Part shown: positions 31,310 to 41,272 of the stretch, in pieces
Position numbering within the stretch: the first letter of the stretch is position 1
Layout of the letters: every line of letters begins with the position of its first letter
Assembly (NCBI GenBank): GCA_964352945.1
Contig: CAYGTU010000002.1
Span: forward strand, 1-51,914
DNA length: 51,914 bases
Reading direction: 5' to 3'
Origin: an uncultured Bacteriovoracaceae bacterium
GTDB taxonomy: Bacteria; Bdellovibrionota; Bacteriovoracia; Bacteriovoracales; Bacteriovoracaceae
Notes under the pieces: generated by a model
The model's input: only the letters and a program-made list of their open reading frames with translations
What the model was told of the DNA's origin: nothing
Database searches by the model: none
Made by a program: the position numbers and the translations under genes

Positions 31310-32137
31310 ATGAAAAGATCAATACTAGTTTTATTATGCCTAACAGCTCTAGCAGCTGAAGCACAAACAATTGCAACAAAGTTGGATAAAAGTAAAAATT
31401 TCCAAATGGCCAATTTACTTCCTGATGGAGTTTCTTATTTTTCAATTTTCTCTGGGCCATCAGTTGGAGATTTCTCAGATCCAGTAAATGAAAATGGTGA
31501 AGTTAAACAGGATAGCATCAATACCTGGAATCAAGTGAGCTTTCAGTGGAGATTATCAAAAGAGACAAGCTTTGTTTTTAATCCTCGATTTGTGATTAAT
31601 AATAATGCTTCGTCTGATGAAGAGATGTTTGAATATGTTTCACCAGTAATGGGGTTCAATACTACATGGTATAAAAATGGAAAATTTAGATTTTCTGGAA
31701 GTTTGAATACAATTACTCCTTTATCCAGACAAGAGAGTCATATGGAAGAAGGACTAATTTTTAACCCAGGGGGATTTAATCAAATAAGTTATGAGTTAAA
31801 TAATAAAGTTAATTTAAGTATGTGGTTATGGGGTAGAGCTCAAATATATAATAAAGCAACAACAGATAAAAGTGATCGTTTTTCTTATTTCTATGCTCCG
31901 AAAGTAACTTACAGCTTTTCTGACTCTAATCAGTTAAGTACTTTTTATCAAATTAACGGTCAATTAGATAATGATTATGAAAATGAAACATTTAAAGATG
32001 ATAGTTTCAATATAATGTATTCTTATACCATCAATAAATATCTTACTGTAGAACCAATTATCACGATGTATAGAGAAACTAGTTTTGATATCAGTAAATC
32101 AAATATTAATGTTTGGCTTTCAGGTAGATTATTTTAA
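31310..32137 (+). CDS. outer-membrane beta-barrel protein
   Basis: Signal peptide MKRSILVLLCLTALAAEAQ. Alternating strands. C-terminal WLSGRLF. Confidence 0.6.
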   Translation: MKRSILVLLCLTALAAEAQTIATKLDKSKNFQMANLLPDGVSYFSIFSGPSVGDFSDPVNENGEVKQDSINTWNQVSFQWRLSKETSFVFNPRFVINNNASSDEEMFEYVSPVMGFNTTWYKNGKFRFSGSLNTITPLSRQESHMEEGLIFNPGGFNQISYELNNKVNLSMWLWGRAQIYNKATTDKSDRFSYFYAPKVTYSFSDSNQLSTFYQINGQLDNDYENETFKDDSFNIMYSYTINKYLTVEPIITMYRETSFDISKSNINVWLSGRLF

Positions 32138-32164
32138 AAATTAAAAAGCATTTTACATAAAAAA

Positions 32165-32190
32165 AGAGGAGGCCGAAACCTCCTCTTTTT
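32165..32190. terminator. bidirectional rho-independent terminator
   Basis: AGAGGAGG-CCGAAA-CCTCCTCT, flanked by an A-run upstream and a T-run downstream, between convergent genes. Confidence 0.75.
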
Positions 32191-32214
32191 GATTACACTG
32201 AAAATTTGGGACAA

Positions 32215-32358
32215 TCAGCGGAAATCCCTACCTCTAAAAACGTCATCGAAATTTCTTAAGATAGGGTTTGAATTATTATCTTCGTTTGTAACTTTATTTG
32301 TTGTTGCACATGACATAAACATTGTTAGTGTCATAAGAAAAAGTAATTTTTTTAACAT
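32215..32358 (-). CDS. 47-aa putative lipoprotein
   Basis: Not in the track. AAGGAG RBS. MLKKLLFLMTLTMFMSCATTNKV... with lipobox FMSC. Judged more plausible than the + strand ORF 32189..32383. Confidence 0.45.
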   Translation of the reverse strand: MLKKLLFLMTLTMFMSCATTNKVTNEDNNSNPILRNFDDVFRGRDFR

Positions 32359-32578
32359 CTCATACTCCTTAGGTTTTTATTGATACTTAATAATTAAAAT
32401 ATTAAGGTTCAATAAAATGGAATTTATTTCCAAAGCCCCCCTGATTAAAAAAACTCTTTAAAAAGGAAGGGAACAATTTATTAAAGCTATTCATTTGTAA
32501 CCTCCTTAAAAGTTATATTAACAGATTAACGTGTTCGATAAAAATACATAATAGCGGACATATCCATCGAAAAAAACA

Positions 32579-33460
32579 ATGTATAATTGTAATCATTTAA
32601 AGAATTTATGTAAAATCGTGCTAGAATCCTCTATGTTTTACAGTCCAAAAACCCAATGGGAAAAAATATTAGAAAAACCCTTTGAAAAACAAATCAAGTT
32701 TTTTAATAAAGTTTGTAAGGTTAACCAAAGAGATGCACTTGTTATAAGAGAAGCTTTCTTTAATAATCTAAGTTTTCCTTTAGTAAAAAAAATATTAAAA
32801 CTAGCACGAAAGATTATAAATGAAGATCTTATTGATAGAAGTTTTGAAGAATTAATATTTGATCGTTTATTAGGAGTAAGTGGTGTCGCTCATCTCTATC
32901 CTGAAGATAAAGAGTTCATTCAAGAAGAAGGAAACATTATTTTTGGAGAAGGGTATTTTGTATATACAGCTTGTTACCATGACTTAGACAAAGTAATTGA
33001 ATTTATCAGTTCACATATTGATATTAAATCTGTATGTGACTTAGGCTCTGGTTCAGGACGTGCATTATTATATATGGCCTTGCAGATTGATAGGGAACTT
33101 GATTTCTTAGGTCTTGAAATCGTAGAAGACAGGGTGAATTTTACTAATTCGCTTGTTAATAATTTTGGGTTAACTAATATTACTTTTAAGGCATCAGATT
33201 TTCTAGAAACCCCCAACGATTTTTTTGGCTATGATGCTTATTATCTTTATGATCCAGTTGGAACAGATGATGTGCCTCTACTAATCTCACATTTTGAGAA
33301 GATGATCGCAGACGGACTAAAGTTTTACATTCTTTTCTTATCGGGTTGGGATGATTTAATGTACAATGCTTTAAATCAATTAGATTCTCTAAAACAATTG
33401 CATGTAATAGAAAGCCAAAAACAAGAAAACCGTGTTTTGAGTTTTTACAAAGTTATTTAA
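32579..33460 (+). CDS. class I SAM-dependent methyltransferase
   Basis: Motif I VCDLGSGSGRALLYMA and a downstream acidic-loop pattern LGLEIVEDRV. The start is uncertain. Confidence 0.6.
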   Translation: MYNCNHLKNLCKIVLESSMFYSPKTQWEKILEKPFEKQIKFFNKVCKVNQRDALVIREAFFNNLSFPLVKKILKLARKIINEDLIDRSFEELIFDRLLGVSGVAHLYPEDKEFIQEEGNIIFGEGYFVYTACYHDLDKVIEFISSHIDIKSVCDLGSGSGRALLYMALQIDRELDFLGLEIVEDRVNFTNSLVNNFGLTNITFKASDFLETPNDFFGYDAYYLYDPVGTDDVPLLISHFEKMIADGLKFYILFLSGWDDLMYNALNQLDSLKQLHVIESQKQENRVLSFYKVI

Positions 33461-33532
33461 CTCTATAGCTAAGAATTCATAAATATGAGCTAAGTCATAG
33501 TCTAACTGGATTAGCTTGAATATAATGTCGTT

Positions 33533-34714
33533 ATGAATAAGAAAGATTTAATTATTTTAGGTGGTGGTTCAGCTGGAATTACAGTTGCTGCTAGAGCAAA
33601 GTTAAGTGGCGAGTTTTCTTCAATTGCTATCGTTGAACCTGCAGAATTTCATTATTATCAACCTTTGTGGACTTTGGTAGGAAATGGACAACTTCCCAAA
33701 GAAGATACCAGAAAGTTGATGTCCAAGGTTATCCCTAAGGGCGTGGAGTGGATCCAGGCTTCTGTAACAAAACTTGATCCTGAGAATAATAGAATTGAAA
33801 CAGACCTTGGAGAGTATACCTATACAAACTTAGTTGTGGCGACAGGTATTCTTCCCGATTTATCACGAGTTGAGGGTCTTAGAGAAAGTATGAATAAAAA
33901 TGGTGTCTGTTCAGTATATAACTATGATTCAGCTGAATATTGCTTTAAAAAAGTAGAGAAGCTAGAAAGTGGCAATTTAATTTTTACCATGCCAATGGGT
34001 CTTTTAAAATGTGGTGGAGCTCCCCAAAAAATAATGTGGCTGACTGATGATTATCTAAGAAGAAAAGGCATTCGAGATAAATTTAATATATATTTCTATA
34101 AAGAGGGACAAGGTATTTTTGGGGTAGAGAAGTATAAAAAAGTTCTAGATGAAATCGTAGCTGCTCGAAATATTTCACCTAAATATCATGAAGAATTAAT
34201 AAAAATTGATTTTAAAAATTCCAAAGCAACATTTAGAAATAATCAGAATGAACAAAGTCATGAAATAGATTTTAGTTTATTACATGTAGTTCCTCATTTT
34301 AAAACACATGGTTTTATTGTGAACTCAAGTTTATCTAATGCAAATGGAGAAGTAGACGTGGATAAGTTTACTTTACAGTCAGTTAAATTTAAAAATGTTT
34401 ACTCTCTTGGAGACTGCTCTAGCTGTCCAACAGGTAAAACAGGCGCAGCAATTAGGAAGCAAGCGCCCATTATGCTTGCGAATATGATATCCCAAAGAAA
34501 AAATGAAGAACCTAAGAGAAAATATAATGGCTACACTGCTTGCCCAATATTAACTCAACATAACAAAGTTATGCTTTGCGAATTTGATTACGATGGTAAC
34601 CCAGCAGAAAGCTTTCCTTTTAATCAGGCAAAAGAAAGATATTCAATGTATCTCTTTAAGCGTTACTTACTCCCCTTTATTTATTGGAAATTAATGCTTA
34701 AGGGGAGAGCATAA
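33533..34714 (+). CDS. sulfide:quinone oxidoreductase-like FAD oxidoreductase (type II SQR-like)
   Basis: DLIILGGGSAGITVAARA (FAD fold). HYYQPLWTLVGNG resembles mitochondrial-type SQR. GDCSSCPTGKTGAA. Confidence 0.7.
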   Translation: MNKKDLIILGGGSAGITVAARAKLSGEFSSIAIVEPAEFHYYQPLWTLVGNGQLPKEDTRKLMSKVIPKGVEWIQASVTKLDPENNRIETDLGEYTYTNLVVATGILPDLSRVEGLRESMNKNGVCSVYNYDSAEYCFKKVEKLESGNLIFTMPMGLLKCGGAPQKIMWLTDDYLRRKGIRDKFNIYFYKEGQGIFGVEKYKKVLDEIVAARNISPKYHEELIKIDFKNSKATFRNNQNEQSHEIDFSLLHVVPHFKTHGFIVNSSLSNANGEVDVDKFTLQSVKFKNVYSLGDCSSCPTGKTGAAIRKQAPIMLANMISQRKNEEPKRKYNGYTACPILTQHNKVMLCEFDYDGNPAESFPFNQAKERYSMYLFKRYLLPFIYWKLMLKGRA

Positions 34715-34728
34715 TAATTTAAAAAAAA

Positions 34729-35736
34729 TTAATTTTCTGAAGTTAGTGTTGAAATTAAGTCACTAAAGTTCTTATTACTTCCAATAACAATTAATTGATC
34801 TCCAAGCTTAATGATTTCATCTTTATGGGGAGCAAAGATCCTCTCGCCATCTTGCCTTCTGATTCCTACTACAAGTACTTCTTGTTCGCGTAGTTTTATG
34901 TCCTTAAGCGCTTTACCTGAACAAAACATTTTTTCTTCAACTAAAATATCAGCAAGTTGATATTTAGTATTTCCTTCTTCCCCCATAATTTCCAAAAAAT
35001 CATCAACAGCAGGATTAATTATACTTTGAGCAATTTTTAAAGAAGCCTGAGTGTATGGTGAAACTATTTTATTTGCACCAGCTTTTAAAAGTTTAGGAAT
35101 TGTTGAATCATCAAATACTCTAGATATTACTCTTATTTTATTATTTAGTGCTCTTGCGGTTAGTGTTATGAATACGTTTTCCGCATCCGTTGTAACGGTT
35201 GTAACTAAATCATTTGCATGTATAATTCCTGCTTCATTTAAAACGGAGTCATCAGAAGCATTACCTATGATATAAAATTTTTCATTGCTTTTTAATTCAT
35301 CAGAAAGATTTGGATTCGATTCAATTACTAGATATGGAACTTGATGTGTCCTCATTTCTTTTGCTATAAGTTTACCCATTTGGCCATAACCGCAAATAAT
35401 GGTATGATTTTTTAGTTTTGCTATTTCTTTGACCATTTTCCCTCTCCCTATTAATTCTTTAAACTTCATGTCGATTATAAATTTAAATACAAGTGCTAGA
35501 AAATATGCCATATGCCCAACACCACCAAGTATTAAAAAAATGGTAAAAATTCGGCCATAATCACTCATAGGATTGACTTCACTAAATCCTACAGTACTCA
35601 ACGTTATAAATGTCATGTAAACAGAATCGAGTAAATTCCAGTTCTCTATGAAAACATATCCAGATGTTCCCAAAATAATGAGAATAGAAAAAGATAAGAA
35701 TAGTTTTAATAGATCTTTTGTCTTCATCAATACCAA
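34729..35736 (-). CDS. potassium channel with RCK/TrkA domains
   Basis: Two TM segments plus a pore TLSTVGFSE. HTIICGYGQMGKLIA (TrkA-N Rossmann) and a TrkA-C-like C-terminus. Confidence 0.8.
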   Translation of the reverse strand: MVLMKTKDLLKLFLSFSILIILGTSGYVFIENWNLLDSVYMTFITLSTVGFSEVNPMSDYGRIFTIFLILGGVGHMAYFLALVFKFIIDMKFKELIGRGKMVKEIAKLKNHTIICGYGQMGKLIAKEMRTHQVPYLVIESNPNLSDELKSNEKFYIIGNASDDSVLNEAGIIHANDLVTTVTTDAENVFITLTARALNNKIRVISRVFDDSTIPKLLKAGANKIVSPYTQASLKIAQSIINPAVDDFLEIMGEEGNTKYQLADILVEEKMFCSGKALKDIKLREQEVLVVGIRRQDGERIFAPHKDEIIKLGDQLIVIGSNKNFSDLISTLTSEN

Positions 35737-35843
35737 CTGTTAGTTCATTTAATTGTACTTGAAATTCATAGATTGTGTAGTTGAAATTATAGGTATTAGC
35801 AAGTATTCGACGAGTTAAGTTTTCTCTGCTATTTTAAGCTTAA

Positions 35844-36929
35844 ATGGATTTTAAACTATCAAACAAGATTATAGATTCAGGATGGAGGGAACTTGAAAAT
35901 TCCTCTTCACCCTTTATTAGCTTTGAATTTTTCCGTACTTTAGAAGAATCCCAAGTTATTGGTACTGATTCAGGTTGGCAGCCCATATATCTTGAACTAC
36001 CAGGTGAATCCCTGCTTTTTACTTTTGCTAAAAATCACAGTTATGGGGAATATATTTTTGATTGGGATTGGGCCCATTATTATGAATCAAATAATTTAGC
36101 CTATTATCCAAAGTTAACTTCGATGATTCCTTTTACCTCAGCAACCACATCCCATTTTTTAAAAAGTGAATCCAAAGATTTAATGAAAAGTTATGAGGAA
36201 TTATTCTTTAAGAACAATTTTTCTTCATCCCACTTTCTTTTTATAACTGAAGAGGAAAAAAAGTTCTTTAAATCTTTTGATTATCTTATAAGAGATAGTT
36301 TTCAGTATCATTTTTTTAATGAGAATTATAAATCCTTTGATGAGTTCCTTGGTAAACTTAAAAATAAAAAAGCCAAGCAAATTAAAAAGGAACGTATTTT
36401 TTCTGAGGGTATCACATTTAAACGAATAACTGGGGAAGATCTTAAAGTAAAGCATGCCCAAGAAATGTATCAATTCTATTTATCAACAATTTCTCTTAAG
36501 AATGCGATACCTTATTTAAATGAGACTTTTTTTAAATTGATTTTTTCACGGCTATCTAATTCTATTTGTTATATTCAGGCTTCAAAGAATGGAGAAGCAT
36601 TTGCAGGTGCTCTCTACTTTTATAGTGATGAAAGGTTATATGGAAGGTATTGGGGAAGTTTTGAAGATGTACCCAATCTGCATTTTGAACTTTGTTACTA
36701 TCAGGGAATAGAGTTTTGTATTGAAAAAGGATTTTCAGTTTTTGAAGCTGGTGCTCAAGGGGAGCATAAAATTGCTCGAGGCTTTAGGCCCGTAAAAACT
36801 TATAGTGCACATAAAATGAAAATACCGGCCCTACACAAAGCTATTGAAGGTTATATAAAGAGTGAGAGAGAGCAGATTAACGATTTATTCCCTTTGTTAA
36901 ATGGCAAGCTTCCTTTTAAACAGGAATAA
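35844..36929 (+). CDS. DUF482 / FemAB-like GNAT-fold protein
   Basis: YGRYWG, FELCYYQGIEFCI and FEAGAQGEHKIARGFRPVKTYSAH are typical of the COG3146/DUF482 family. Confidence 0.7.
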   Translation: MDFKLSNKIIDSGWRELENSSSPFISFEFFRTLEESQVIGTDSGWQPIYLELPGESLLFTFAKNHSYGEYIFDWDWAHYYESNNLAYYPKLTSMIPFTSATTSHFLKSESKDLMKSYEELFFKNNFSSSHFLFITEEEKKFFKSFDYLIRDSFQYHFFNENYKSFDEFLGKLKNKKAKQIKKERIFSEGITFKRITGEDLKVKHAQEMYQFYLSTISLKNAIPYLNETFFKLIFSRLSNSICYIQASKNGEAFAGALYFYSDERLYGRYWGSFEDVPNLHFELCYYQGIEFCIEKGFSVFEAGAQGEHKIARGFRPVKTYSAHKMKIPALHKAIEGYIKSEREQINDLFPLLNGKLPFKQE

Positions 36930-37052
36930 AGCTTGCTTTAGTCAATATACAAGCATAATCTCAGCTTACTAAGTCTCTTTACAGAAATGTTCAAGTTTCT
37001 CACCTGTGATCATACCTAGATTTTTACACTTAAAAATCATTATAAGGTTTAC

Positions 37053-37664
37053 TTGAATATCACAGCCAAAAGTTTAAATGAAATCAATTGTACCCTTGAG
37101 AGTCAAAATTGGTTCTTTATGGAAAATTTTATAGAAAACAATATTTGCCAGGAGATTTTTAATAGCTATTCCAATAAGAAAGATCATTTTAAATATGCTG
37201 GGATTGGAAACAAAAACTCTGATAAAGAAAATATCACGATCAGAAGTGGCTCTATTTCCTGGATAAACAACTGGGATGAATCAATTGAGCTAAAATTACT
37301 GAATTCTATACTAGAACAAGTAATGGTTTCTATTAGCAATCATTTTTATCTTTCATTAAAGCACTTTGAATCTCAGCTTGCTTTTTACAAGGAAGGAGAT
37401 TTTTATAAAGCTCACCTAGATCAGTTTACTCAGAAAAATCATCGTCAAGTTAGTTGTTGTTTATATTTAAATGATTGCCTAGATGGGGGTGAGTTTGTAA
37501 TTTATAAAGACGCTTCACTGCAAATTATTGAAAAGATCATTAATCCTAAAAAAGGTAGTCTCGTGATCTTTTTTTCAGGAAAAATTTGGCATGAAGTTAA
37601 ACTTGTTAAATATCCCCGTTTATCTGTTTCAACTTGGTTTAGGGATGATTTAGAAATGCATTAA
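37053..37664 (+). CDS. 2OG-Fe(II) oxygenase superfamily protein
   Basis: FYKAHLDQF (HxD), RQVSCCLYLND, GGEFVIY, WHEVKLV..RLSVSTWF. TTG start. Confidence 0.7.
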   Translation: MNITAKSLNEINCTLESQNWFFMENFIENNICQEIFNSYSNKKDHFKYAGIGNKNSDKENITIRSGSISWINNWDESIELKLLNSILEQVMVSISNHFYLSLKHFESQLAFYKEGDFYKAHLDQFTQKNHRQVSCCLYLNDCLDGGEFVIYKDASLQIIEKIINPKKGSLVIFFSGKIWHEVKLVKYPRLSVSTWFRDDLEMH

Positions 37665-38072
37665 TTGAATTGCTATCTTTTTGTCTACAGAAGTTATTTC
37701 AAACTGAGCTTTTTTAAAGCTTGGGGGACCAAATAGTATCTTGGGGTTATTGCTAAAACCAAAGCCTTCTTTTGGAATTCCAACACTGTTTGTATTAAGT
37801 TTTCCATCAGAATTTTGATCATGGAAAATAGCGATGGCATATTTACCCTCAGGAAGATCCTTAATTGTAAGTACATTTTTATCTGATATTTTAATGATAT
37901 GATTTTCACTAGCCGTTTGATAATCATTTGGAAAGCCATTTTCATTGTCCCAGAGAGCAATAAATACTTCGCCTTGATCAGATTTGTAATTCTTAATTTC
38001 AATAGATAAATCAGCTGCGAAAGTTGAGTATAGAAAAGTACTGAGAAATAGCATTGAGCCAAAAATTTTCAT
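37650..38072 (-). CDS. DUF2141 domain protein, secreted
   Basis: Signal peptide. GKYAIAIFHDQNSDGKLNTNSVGIPKEGFGFSNN is the DUF2141 signature. Confidence 0.75.
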   Translation of the reverse strand: MKIFGSMLFLSTFLYSTFAADLSIEIKNYKSDQGEVFIALWDNENGFPNDYQTASENHIIKISDKNVLTIKDLPEGKYAIAIFHDQNSDGKLNTNSVGIPKEGFGFSNNPKILFGPPSFKKAQFEITSVDKKIAIQLMHF

Positions 38073-38180
38073 ACACTTTTATACAATATTAAAATTTTAA
38101 GTAAAAGTTTATTGAAAAAACTACATAGCTATAAATTTCTATCTAATTGTAATAGCATACAAAATCAGCAAGATAGGAAT

Positions 38181-38342
38181 CTAAAATCCTTGCTTATCGA
38201 CCCAATTTTTTGTGACATACCATCCGACAATACTAAGAAGAAGTCCAAGCATCAGCGATGTTTCCATGTTGATGAAATCCCCAATCCAGCTTCCAAAGAA
38301 GCCAAATACACTTGAGCCGATACTTTTAAGAATAAACTTCAT
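38181..38342 (-). CDS. 53-aa membrane peptide
   Basis: Not in the track. MKFILKSIGSSVFGFFGSWIGDFINMETSLMLGLLLSIVGWYVTKNWVDKQGF. Judged more plausible than the + strand ORF 38112..38315. Confidence 0.35.
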   Translation of the reverse strand: MKFILKSIGSSVFGFFGSWIGDFINMETSLMLGLLLSIVGWYVTKNWVDKQGF

Positions 38343-38434
38343 ACTGAAATACTAGCATTCTTTTTAAGATAAAGGTTTTTTGTATTTACTGCATTGTCCC
38401 AACTCGGAATGAAATAAATTTGATAAAAAGTGTA

Positions 38435-39853
38435 ATGATTAATTTTAAGAATACCTATTCTAAACTACCAGAGCGATTTTTTGAAAGAGTGAATCCAGCG
38501 AAATTTAAAAATCCAAGTCTAATTAGTTTTAATTATAAGCTTGCATATGAACTTGGCATTAATGCTGATGGGGTAAGTGAAGATGAATTAGCGTTGATTT
38601 TTTCAGGTCAAAAAATATTAGATGGAATGGAATCAATTTCAACTGCCTATGCTGCTCACCAGTTTGGGCATTTTGTACCTCAATTAGGAGATGGAAGGGC
38701 CCATTTACTCGGAGAAGTGAATGGTTTTGATATTCAACTTAAAGGTTCAGGTCAAAGTCGTTTTTCAAGAAATGGAGATGGAAGATCGGCGCTTGGCCCA
38801 GTAATTCGAGAATACTTAGTAAGTGAAGCAATGTTTTATCTGGGTGTCCCAACAACCAGAGCTTTATGTGCAGTAACTTCAGGTGAAGATGTTTACCGAA
38901 GCGAAGTTGAGCCTGGTGGGATTTTTACTAGGATAGCTCCAAGTCATATTAGAGTGGGAACCTTTCAATATTTTGCCAGTCGTAATGATTTAGAAGGATT
39001 AAAAATTCTTTTAGATTATTCAATCAAGAGACATTATCCTGAGCTGAATGAAATTGAAGATGAATCTTTAAAATCATTAAAATTTATTCAAGCAGTAGCA
39101 GAGGCTCAAGCAAAACTTGTATCAAAATGGATGGCACTCGGATTTATTCACGGTGTAATGAATACGGATAATTTTTCTATAGCTGGTTTCACAATTGATT
39201 TTGGTCCTTGTGCCTTTATGGATGAATACAAAGAAAATAAAGTATTTAGCTCTATCGATAGAAACGCAAGATATGCCTATAATAATCAAATCAATATTGC
39301 TCAGTGGAATTTACTTCGACTTGCGGAATGTTTGTTACCCTTGATAGATAATGATAACGATATTTCAATTTCTAAAGTTGAAGAAATGTTTCCAGCAATA
39401 AGTAAGAAATTTGAAAAAGAATATCTTAAATCAATGGGTGAAAAATTTGGAATAAATAATCCGATTGAAACAGATAAAATTATAATCACGGAATTTTTAA
39501 ATTACTTAGAAGAAGAGGAACTTGATTTTACATTAGGTTATAGAAAGATTAAAGATTTATATAATGGCGATACAAGCTTTTATCCGAATGTTTTCAAATT
39601 AGAAAAATTTTTAGAAATCTGGAAAACTCGCGTAAGTGATGTTTCAAATTTAGATTTAATTAATCCACTTTATATTCCTCGAAATCATCAAATCGAGCGA
39701 GCGATTGTAAAAGCGAGAAAAGGTGATTATAAAATTTTTAATGATTTAAAAGAATTACTGCAAAATCCTTTTACTGAAAATATTCAATACTCAGAATATG
39801 CCATCCCTCCAAAGCCAGAAGAGAGAGTAACTCAAACATTTTGTGGTACCTAA
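38435..39853 (+). CDS. selO: protein adenylyltransferase SelO (YdiU/UPF0061)
   Basis: AAHQFGHFVPQLGDGRAHLLGE, QLKGSGQSRFSRNGDGRSALGPVIREYLVSEAM, GVMNTDNFSIAGFTIDFGP. Confidence 0.9.
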   Translation: MINFKNTYSKLPERFFERVNPAKFKNPSLISFNYKLAYELGINADGVSEDELALIFSGQKILDGMESISTAYAAHQFGHFVPQLGDGRAHLLGEVNGFDIQLKGSGQSRFSRNGDGRSALGPVIREYLVSEAMFYLGVPTTRALCAVTSGEDVYRSEVEPGGIFTRIAPSHIRVGTFQYFASRNDLEGLKILLDYSIKRHYPELNEIEDESLKSLKFIQAVAEAQAKLVSKWMALGFIHGVMNTDNFSIAGFTIDFGPCAFMDEYKENKVFSSIDRNARYAYNNQINIAQWNLLRLAECLLPLIDNDNDISISKVEEMFPAISKKFEKEYLKSMGEKFGINNPIETDKIIITEFLNYLEEEELDFTLGYRKIKDLYNGDTSFYPNVFKLEKFLEIWKTRVSDVSNLDLINPLYIPRNHQIERAIVKARKGDYKIFNDLKELLQNPFTENIQYSEYAIPPKPEERVTQTFCGT

Positions 39854-39958
39854 AGTTTAGTAAGTACCTGATATTATAGCGATTTTTTTTTGTCAAATCT
39901 ATCCATATTCTCACCGATAAGTAATTTGAAATTATTAAAAATAAAAATCGGAGAGAAA

Positions 39959-41041
39959 ATGAAATCTAAAATTCTAGTAACATCATTAATTTTAAGCTCA
40001 ATCTGTTTAAGTGCAGAGATAGATTATAGAAAATGTAACTCTGCAAGTGGTTTATATGGTTTATATATAAACGGAGAAGGAGAGCTTGATCTAGGAACAG
40101 GTTATAAATTATTAAATAAAAACAAAATTGGAAATATTGAAAAATATGAAATTGAAACAAACCCAAATGCTTTTGGAATGGGAGGAAATCTACCTCCAGG
40201 TAAAATGGAAATCACATTAGAAAAAGATTCACAAGGAAGAATAACTAAGCTTATAACTGGCCCTGATAAATATGATAAAAAAGATATAGAAAAAATGAAT
40301 GAACTACAATTAGGTTTTCAAGTTCATAATGCAGTTTCAAGTGCTGACTGGGGATTTGGAAACGGAGGAATGGGAGGAGGATTTGGCCTGCCTAAAAATA
40401 CTATAATTCAAGAACCTCAATATTATATTAAAAATGAAAATGGTGACTTTAAATATAAAACATTAAAGCAGCTTACTAAAAAAGAGAGAAAAGAAGTGGG
40501 CCTAGTAGATGATTTTTATAAAATTTTAACTTCGAAAGTAAAAAGAGATAAAAAATCAGTTGAAAGAATTCGAAAAGGATTAAAGAGTATACAAGATAAA
40601 TCTAAGCCCGTTCATTTCTTAGGTTCAGAATCCGAATTTTCTTTTAAAGATGGAGTCTGTTCACCAGAAAAAGTGAGTTCAAGAGTTTATCATACTGCAG
40701 ATGAGAGTGTTAAATTAAACGAGACTTTTTCAAAAGATAATTGCTCAAAAATTGCAATGGTTCATTCTAAAAATAAAGCCATCATTGGAAAATGTGAATC
40801 TGCTACTGAAATATTAAGTAAAGATATTTATGAACAAAAAATAAATTTATCCGGCTATATGGGTGCTGGTGGAATGGGATTTGGATCTTATGGATTTGGC
40901 TTTGGTATGGGTGGAATGAGCTCAGTATTTGGTCAAATTGAAAATCAACATTCTTTTTGTGAAGGTATTTTTGGAGAATCAATAGTTGATATAACTAATC
41001 CATCAGAAAAACAAAAGTCAGTAAAGGTTAAGGAAGAATAA
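39959..41041 (+). CDS. hypothetical secreted protein with Gly/Met-rich motifs
   Basis: ATG at 39959 follows GGAGAG. Signal peptide MKSKILVTSLILSSICLSA. FGMGGN, GNGGMGGGFG, GAGGMGFGSYGFGFGMGGM. Confidence 0.5.
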   Translation: MKSKILVTSLILSSICLSAEIDYRKCNSASGLYGLYINGEGELDLGTGYKLLNKNKIGNIEKYEIETNPNAFGMGGNLPPGKMEITLEKDSQGRITKLITGPDKYDKKDIEKMNELQLGFQVHNAVSSADWGFGNGGMGGGFGLPKNTIIQEPQYYIKNENGDFKYKTLKQLTKKERKEVGLVDDFYKILTSKVKRDKKSVERIRKGLKSIQDKSKPVHFLGSESEFSFKDGVCSPEKVSSRVYHTADESVKLNETFSKDNCSKIAMVHSKNKAIIGKCESATEILSKDIYEQKINLSGYMGAGGMGFGSYGFGFGMGGMSSVFGQIENQHSFCEGIFGESIVDITNPSEKQKSVKVKEE

Positions 41042-41272
41042 TATTCTTTAAAGAACTTTTGTAGCGACTTTAAGTAAAATAGTTTTAAAGCTTCGGAAAA
41101 ATGACTTAGAGGTGAGAGTTATAGGACTTAAACTTTGACAATTGTAAGACAGCCTTTCAATAACTTTTTTAAATATTGGTAAAAGTATATAGTTATTTGA
41201 ATTTTAACAATCGAGACTTTTATCAATACAGAAGAAATTAAAAAAATACTACATCACAGAGAACCCTATCTA

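Noticed and set aside
32189-32383. + strand 64-aa ORF
   Set aside because: It has a TTG start within the terminator and no RBS. The minus strand carries a 47-aa ORF with an AAGGAG RBS and a lipobox, which is preferred, though still uncertain.
38112-38315. + strand 67-aa ORF
   Set aside because: It has a TTG start, no RBS and an odd composition. A minus-strand 53-aa hydrophobic ORF (38181..38342) fits better, though confidence is low.
24482-39489. Track ORFs 24482..24685, 25761..25994, 26727..26909, 26976..27176, 31257..31460, 32974..33216, 35051..35275, 36225..36473, 37694..38062 and 39301..39489
   Set aside because: These are shadow ORFs within or antisense to recognisable genes. 37694..38062 is an alternative frame of the DUF2141 gene, which carries the family signature.
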